Below, piece by piece: positions 55,344-64,000 of a stretch of 64,000 bases of DNA. Each line of letters begins with the position of its first letter. Positions within the stretch are counted from its first letter, which is position 1. The notes under the pieces are model-generated. The model saw only the letters and a program-made list of their open reading frames with translations. It made no database searches and was not told the DNA's origin. Origin of the DNA: the human T2T-CHM13v2.0 reference genome, Homo sapiens; NCBI RefSeq assembly GCF_009914755.1, contig NC_060925.1. One strand, 5' to 3'. The translations under genes and the position numbers were made by a program.

Positions 55344-56289
55344 GTTGATAGTTTTATATATATAGTTTTTTTATGTATATAGTTATATATACACATATGT
55401 CTGACTATGCATCTGAAGAACTTGTAAGTCCACAATAGATGCATGATTTTAGAAACAAGATTATGTGTATTTAAATGCCATAAAATGCCTTAGTGATAAA
55501 TGTAAGTGCTTTTATTTTTTATTTAAAAACCCACAGTTTTAGCATCATTAATTTTAAAAATCTTCCTTTATTTATATTTCTCTCTGAAGTGTATTATAAT
55601 GTTTGAATGTAGATGGTCTTGGACCTAAAATCGTGGCTGTGATGGATCCACAAGATTCAAGGTCACCTTCATAGATCATCTAGTCTGTCTCCTTTCTTCT
55701 CATCATCCCTCAGGAGGCCAGGATGGTGGATTTGCTCTGGGAATCCCTAGCTACTCCTGGTGTGGAGTAAGTGCTGAATGTTTGTTGATGAAATGATTGA
55801 ATTTCTTTCCCTCATACTTTCCCTTCAATTTATTCAGTGATTTAAATCAACCATTAAAAATATGTTAAATGCCCATTATATCTCTGGGTATATGAAGACC
55901 AATAAGATATGATTCATGTCCTTAGAGACTTTATAGTCTAACAGAAGGAGAGGACAAATACACAAAGAAGGATAATACATCTTACAGATATGAAACAAGT
56001 ACATTTGGGAACCAAAGGAAATATAGCCAGTTCTCCTGAATGTGGGTATATCCCTAAGAAGATTGTTGTAACCGTTTTTGATAAGATGAACTTTTATAAT
56101 TTTTTAAAAAGTCTTTATAATTAAAAAAATTAGAGATTAAAAATTTCCCCTATCCCTCTTCTAGCTTCTCTTACCCTTTCTTCAGGAAATTCTTTATATT
56201 TTATCCCAATTCTTCATGAGGCGTTTTAAACTTGAAGTTCCTTAGTTTCTCCAGGGAAGATAGAAAACATCTGATTGGTATCCCTTATT

Positions 56290-56660
56290 TAGCAATCTGA
56301 ATTTTTGGCAGGCTGAATTGCTGGATCAAAACCAAAGAGATTAAATATAACAGGAATAAACATAAAACCCTATATTTAAATTTAAAATGTTATCATACAG
56401 ATAAAAGACAAGAGACTCACTCATTTTCATGGGAAAAAAAAAGAAGGTCTGAGGATTTTAGGTGGTTACAAACTCAAATATAATCCCATTGTAGGATATG
56501 GCTGTTAAAAACCTAACACAGTCTTCTAGATCTCAGTTGGCATTCATGGAAACAGTCTCCCCATCACAGTAAGTGTTAATGCTCATTATGCTGGGCGCTG
56601 GTGAGAACACATGGGAAACATAATAGGTTCTGTGTGTTACATTGAAAGTTATGGAAAGCT
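56290..56660 (+). mobile_element. L3/CR1 LINE ORF2-region relic
   Basis: caggctgaa...aaaaccaaagagattaaatataacagg...ctgaggattttaggtggttacaaactcaaatat...gcgctggtgagaacacat follows CR1/L3 consensus order. Confidence 0.6.
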
Positions 56661-57889
56661 GCTTATGAAGAAGACATTCAAATATTTATCTCTAGGCTAG
56701 CCCTGGCCTTCTCCTGATCCTCAGTTTTGACCAGCGGCTGTGCACCTTCCTCATTGTAGTTGGTGACAATTCCGCCTCTATAAAATTGCGCTGGTCTCCC
56801 TTCCTTCCTTGGGGCAAGCTTCTCTCCTGTGACACACGCTTCCATTACTAGTGTTGGTAATCTAGCCTCCACCCACATGGAAAACTCTGGTTTTCTTTAC
56901 ATCTCCTTCACCTTTGTCCCTGCTTTTCTGACATTTCCTGGCACAGAGACAGGATGTACATACTTCATTGTCTTGCCTATAGCTGGAATCACCTGCGCTT
57001 TTGTCTCTTATGTTCAGTTCACAGCTAAGGTGACAGAATTTGGTCACACCATCTTAACGTGCTAAAGCAATGACTGCAGCGGACTGCTTAGGAAGTGTTA
57101 TTTCTATTTACTTCAAAATCAAGACTATAGCAAAATTCACCATGCGTGCCGTCTTTTCTTGGAGATGAAAAAAAAAAAAAGAAACAAGATTACTCTGAAC
57201 TAAGATTCGGAAATGGCATTTTAATAGCCACTGAAGTAAATGGATGGGCTGTCAGCTGAAAGTTCAGAATAACTGAGTCCCAAACAAGTATGTTATTGGG
57301 CCTTGTGTCTGAGAACGCAGTACAGTAACACAGTTGTGAAGTTTTATCGAAGTAGCTGAAGCCTGCTACAAATTTTATGTCCTGCAAAGTGATAGCATTT
57401 TGTTTATTTTTATAAGGAAGAAGGGTGTCATTTCTATGTCCTCAGGAGGGAAAGTAATAAGTAACATGGGAGACATTTGGTTGGCTTAGGCCCAGGAAAT
57501 AAAAGTTCAGAGGCCTTGATTGGCAGGGCCTTTTACTGTTGGTCACTCTTAAGCCCTAGATCCCTAAACTAGAGCTCTGAGCTGGCAGAACAAATGGTTC
57601 TGTGTTTCCAGAATTCCAGTCTTTTATTTTCTCTCTGGCGAGGTAGATTGCTTTCTGTAAGAGGAGATTATTCATTTGAATTAGGCCTTCTCACCATGTC
57701 TTCATTAAAAATAGATAGAGTCCATGTTACATGACATCCATCCATAGTCTAGTGTCCTAGACATTGTAATGGCATAACTATATTTAAAATTGAACTTTAC
57801 TCTCAGAAATCTTCATTGCAGTGAAGAGGTTTTTGCTTTGTCCCTCTAACATATATCTAGTCTGAAAACTTGTGACCTTATGATATTTT

Positions 57890-58398
57890 TTCCATTTAAA
57901 ATGTACAATTTAGTGGTGTTTAATGTAACTATCGCAATTAATTTTGGTACATCTCCATTACCCTAAAAAAGAAAACACATGCCTGTTAATAGCCACGTCA
58001 TTCTCCCCACCTCCCCAGCCTTAAGCCACCACTAATTTTCTGACTCTATAGATATCCCTATTTTTGAAATGTCATAATAAGTGGAATAATATTCCATAAG
58101 ACCATTTCATTTCATGGTCTTTTGTGAGTGGCTTCTTTCACTTAGTATAGTATTTTCAAGGTTCATTCCTGTTGTAGCATATATCAGTACTTCATTTTTT
58201 TATATCACCAAATAATGTGATATACCACATTTCATTTGTGTGGTAAATGAAATACCACATAATATACCACATTTCATTTATCCATTCATCAGTTGGTGGG
58301 CATTTGGGTTGTTTCCACTTTGGGACTATTTTGAATAACGTGGCTATTAGCATTCATGTACAAGATTTTGTGTAGGTCCATGTTCTCATTCTGTTGGG
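57890..58398 (-). mobile_element. L1M (L1MB7/ME-like) 3' fragment
   Basis: ccatttaaaatgtacaatttagtgg...tggcttctttcacttag...ttcaaggttcattc...tttatccattcatcagttggtgggcatttgggttgtttccactttgggactatt. Confidence 0.85.
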
Positions 58399-60298
58399 TC
58401 CATTGCATCGTTTTGTGCTTAATCAGTCATTGCTCTCTGTGGTTTCACACTTGTTCTTTTTTGTTGGACTCATGATCTCCCACTCCACCCCAGATCCGCT
58501 CCTCCCCCGATGCACTGTAGGCTCCATCACCTACCCTGTTGCACAAGCCAGAAACTCACCTATCATCCTTTACACCTTCCTCAACTCCCCATCTTCCACC
58601 CTGCTGCAGCCCATGTCTAGCCCAGTTGCAACTCAAATAGAAGTATTCCCCAGAGAAGCTTTGCTGATAAAATCAATTAGGTCATTCATTCCTTATATAC
58701 TTTACCCCTCTGTTTATGTTTATGGGATTATCTGATTAGTATCTGTTTGCTCACTGATTGACCTTATACTTTTTTAAGCATGATGGAATATACCATGATT
58801 GACCTTAAAAACCAAAATTTTATTCTTTACCTAGAGTAGCCCTGCCATTTTTTTCCTCATCAGACACTGTCAGCTTTTATGGTGGTGTTCCATTTTGTTT
58901 TTGTTTTTGTTTATTAACTGATCTTCAGTGTGATGCCTGAGGCCCTGATTTCTTCTTTAGTTTCCATGATCATTTGGAGCATTGGACCAAAGTAATAATT
59001 GGATTCACTTGATTTATTTCTTACGTTAGACCATTTCTTTTTAAAAAAAAACAAACTCAAATATTTTATTTCATTTGTCTGAGATCAATGCTGTGATCTG
59101 TTTACTAGGCTGTTGTCATTCAATATTTAGTTCACACCACAGAGATGAACTATGACGATGAATATTAGAACTAAGAGTAGTTCAATACGGTAGCAATTCT
59201 CAACTTGAGGATACAGTGTCAGGCTCTACGTGAACTACCAGGTTAAACAAAATATCCACTGATAGAGATCTTCATTCTGGCTCAGGGAGAGCAGAAGTCA
59301 TTAGCATGCCTGACATATTACCACATCTGATTACAAGCTTGTTCAAGAGCAATTCTTAGCACCTATAACCCTTACTCAAAATCAATTGCCATTAAGTTGT
59401 AAATAAATCTTTAGAATAGTAATTAAACCCTGATGTTCAAATCCACCGATAAGGAAGTTCATCATTTACTGTGCTATATAACCTCTTTAATTGTGCTCTT
59501 AGGCATTTTCCATATCATTAACATCTTTTACTCTCTTTTAAGCTGTATTAATAATTATCATCAAGCATGTAATACATCAGAAAGTCTTGTAAAAAATATA
59601 AGCAGGTGTCCTTTTTTCTCCCTTTTAATGTCTAAATTATTTTGTTAGGTAGAAATTATTTCTGTATTCTGTGTTATGACACAATTTAGCATTATTAGTT
59701 TTAACATTTGGAAATCAAAAGTGAAGTACTTCATATTGACTTGTTTGATTTATCAGTAAGAGAACAAAGCTGCATTTTTAAAGCCAGACAAATTTGATAA
59801 GCACGATTGTACTACTTGGCAGTTTGTTGACTTTTGTTAGGAAGCTAAAAGTGGCAGCAACAAAGCTTTTCCCCAAATAGGTTGAATTTTCTAAATGTGG
59901 TGTGTATCACAAGATGCACTGGCAAAGAATACATTTTGCAAGCTGTTTGTGTTTATGAGAAGCATTGTTTGTATCCATACGACAATATCATTATTATGAA
60001 TGTAGCTGTGGTATTGTTGCACTAGTATATAGGTTCTAGTCTAAAACCTGTGAATTTGTTGTCACAGAATCAAGTTGTCATTGGTGAAAAGGCTCATTTT
60101 AATTTAAAGTCTGCTGTAAGACTGTCTTCACCATCTCAAACTTTTGAGGTGTTTTGAGAAAGTGCAATTTCAGATACATTTTGGGCCACTTCACAGTTTG
60201 ATCTCTCACTATTTCATTTTTAATAGCTAAAATTCAAATGGCATGCAGAAAACTTATGGAATATATGGTGAAAAGAAAGTCTTTTAAGAAAGGTAATA

Positions 60299-60933
<635 letters not shown>

Positions 60934-63900
60934 TAGTATTATTTTGAGTAACTGAAAGAAGAGTGTGTCTGCAAAATATTTTCCATGACTTAAGATATTG
61001 ACATATTCAACTAGATCTCTATTTTTTAAGTTATTTATCTATGCTTTATTTTTATAAAGCACAAAATCCTTGGATTTATTTAAGTATTTGGAAATGATGT
61101 ATTTCCAAGATGTTTGCTTACTTTCTTTGTGTTATAATAGCATTTTCTAACTTCTCTTTCAATTATCCAATTTGCCAAGCCTGTGAGATTTGTAAGTAAT
61201 CTTGGGACAATATTCAGTATTCATTCATTTGGGTGGAAGAGATTAGAATTTTCTTTAGACAAACAAGTCTGACTTATTTAAACCATTTCACTCTAAAATG
61301 GTACATTTGCTCCAGTGTTGGTGAAATTTGGATTGTATACCAGGGGAATATATTCTAATTTAAACATCAGTGCCAAAATATAGCTCCATTTTTTTATTTT
61401 AGTATTTATTTCTTTAATTTTACAGATAGTCCCATAATTCTGAATACTGTTATACCAATCCTTTTTACTATATGTTGTTATTTTTAGAAGACAGAACCTT
61501 GCCTAAAACATATAATGTCTTTAGACTAAGAATCAGTGTAATTTCACGCTTCTCATTTTTAATCAAAGCAAAACAAAATCCACTTTTAAGTGTTTTACCT
61601 GGATGTATTTATAAAAGTTAAAGTTTGAGCAATTTTATACCTAACATTTGTTCCATTTCTCTTTTATTAAAACATTTGAGGTCTCATAGAAATAAATCAA
61701 TGTTGAGATAACCTCTCTAAGGCTGCCTGCTTTTTCATTCTTTAAAACTAGTAATTTTCCATCTCTGACTCTTTACATGAAAGGCATTTACAGCTCCTGG
61801 GACATTTCAGCTGTTGACACTTTAGAAACCTCCAACTCTGTGTAGGTGTTTTGAAGTAAATTTGAAACATGGAGGTGGAAGAAAAGCCATATGTCCCTAA
61901 AAGTTTTATTTAATTTTTTTTTAAGTGGAAGGAGAGCTGCAAGTACAAAAGGGGAGACCTTCAGCAGCTTGTATGAGGAGCAGAGTCCTAAGAGGAGAAC
62001 CAAAGAGGTGCCTCTATTATTTAAAAAATTCTCAGCAAAAAGAACAAATCATTGTTTTACTATTTGAAGAATAGGACAGGTTTTAAAAATAGCAAGATAA
62101 CTATGCCATTTCTTTTCGATGGATCAAAATATATTTCAAAGATAAGTATATACCTGATGAATTTTAATTTTAATTAATAAATTAATTGATTAGTTTTAAA
62201 TCAGAGAATGGACTCTAGTTTCAATCATTATGCTTTGAAAAGGATGCTTTCTTGTAGCAATGTATATTTCAGTGTCTAGAATGTGAAACACATTCTGAAC
62301 AAACAGATGTCATCTCTGAGGCCCAGGTGATTTTAAAATAGGTTAGTATTTAATGGATAAGGGGGCAGAAAAGTGGCTTTTTCTTTAAGTATCTGCACAT
62401 ATATATAATCTTTTAAATGCTGTACAAGTGACCAAAAATTTTTAAGAAGATTCAGGACACACAAAGCAAAGTTGTTGGGTTTTTCTGTGTGTGTCTGTGG
62501 AAGCAGAAGAGAGGAAAGCAGAAGTCTGAAAATGAGAACCTTTTCACTAAGAAAATAACTCTTTTTGTGATTTTCTGAATAGCTCTTAGTTTAAGCAGAA
62601 GTCAAAATAAAAACTAAAATAAAATAAACACAATTATGTAAATAAACCAAAAGCCTATATGGGTGAAAACTCTGTTACAATTCACTTCAACTTATGTTTT
62701 TGGGAATATTCCTCTTTTTATAATATTCTGCCATTTTATTATCATCAGCGGCATTCATTTTTAGTCATTTCCTATGAACTGGGCACCGGAGAAAAAAGAA
62801 GGTATAGGATATGTTCTCTTTTCTCTAAGAATTCAAGCCTTTTCATTTTTCGTGTTATAAAAACTGCACCTTTATTTTTGTTTTCAATGGCCCTATACAC
62901 AAGGAAATTTATTTCTGAATGCTAAAATGATATACATGACAGCATAACCATCAGTAGCTAACCTGTAGCAGATGCTGAAAGGTCTTGTCCAAGTTATTAA
63001 GCCATATCACAGTAAAAACTGGTTTCCAAAGTTTCTGATCTTGTAGATTTTTTTATATGTGATGACTGCAGTTAGCTTTCTCCTCATGAATTGTTTCTAA
63101 TTATATCCTTTTATTTGTTCTTTTGTCTCTTCTTAAAATCTGGTCATATCATTACAATACTAACTTGTGTTTACTCTTTCAACTTTCCCTTTTACCTCAC
63201 TTTAATTATAAAAAACTAAATAAAAAATATTTAAAATACAAAAATGCTGTAAATATTTAAAATACAAATATGCTTTAGTAATTCTTAACTCTATTTTGTT
63301 TTTAAAAAGTTTTTATTTTCCAGCCAGCAGCATTTCTCATCTTCTGTAAAAGCCTAAACTTGTTGATGGGATTTTTTTACTGGGTATTCCTGAGGTGGTC
63401 AAAAAAAAAAACTGTCAGAGTTTTTTTTTTTTTTTTTTTTTAGGGGAAAGGAGAGCTTTGACAAATCTTTCTTTCTCTCTGAGAACAGGGGTCTCGTGCA
63501 GTTCAGTGGCATTGTCTGGGGACAAGGCAAGAGTTCAGAGGAAGTTCTAGCGAGACTTGACTTAGACATTCACTTCTGCATCATAAAATTAATTCCTGGG
63601 CCTTAAACATGGCACATAGAAAACACAGCCCAGGGCCAGGGGTCCTGAAGGCCAGGGGCACACACTAGGACGCACAGCTCACAAACGACTACCAGGGCAG
63701 GTGAGGCTCTCCCTCCTCTAGTGCTTTGTAAGACCCCAGGATCTTAGAAAGGCCTCAGTTACTATTGAGGTTGTTATTGTTCTCCTATTATTATTATTGT
63801 TTAGATTTCGCTGCCAGTCCAGCAGAGGGGCTTAAATCTGGATCTTTGTTGATTCACAGCAAACAAGAAGCGTGTTATTCCTTGGCTCCCTTGCATCTAG

Positions 63901-63949
63901 AATGTTCCCTGAGATGAAATCGTACTCATTACATTTATAGTCTTATAAA

Positions 63950-64000
63950 ATTGGTATAATGAAAAGGCTGCTGGACTTGGGCTCAGGAGACCTTGATTCT
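63950..64000 (+). mobile_element. MIR 5' end, truncated by the window edge
   Basis: ttggtataatgaaaagg...ctggacttgggctcaggagacctt. Confidence 0.5.

Noticed and set aside
63401-63441. A-run/T-run hairpin resembling an intrinsic terminator
   Set aside because: Low-complexity mononucleotide runs in a eukaryotic intron; no GC-rich stem.

Overview
AT-rich, CpG-poor primate (human-like) genomic DNA that reads as the interior of very long introns. It carries about 15 Alu/FLAM SINEs, six solo LTRs (MaLR MST/THE1/MLT1 and one ERV1 MER66-like), L1 3' fragments, ancient MIR/L2/L3 relics, Tigger and Charlie DNA-transposon remnants, and microsatellites. I found no credible protein-coding exon, no rRNA/tRNA, no CRISPR array and no prokaryotic-type system. 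The supplied ORFs are Alu/L1/LTR read-throughs, microsatellite translations or chance ORFs. The best-supported gene feature is a 109/113-nt non-coding, AUG-dense internal exon on the + strand (11213-11325). From memory alone it resembles a HIVEP2 5'UTR exon; this is unverified. The most unusual structures are: (1) a nested fold-back inverted repeat with ~110-bp arms (54916-55343); (2) a 116-bp local templated duplication (24061-24176 / 24926-25041); (3) a 'tail-only' retrotransposition scar with a 21-bp TSD (40453-40509); (4) two further exon candidates, one antisense with an open phase-0 frame (27494-27754) and one sense (29159-29282). Repeat subfamily names come from remembered consensus sequences, not from a RepeatMasker run, and boundaries of old MIR/L2/L1M elements are approximate. 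I do not see evidence for a new multi-component biological system here.
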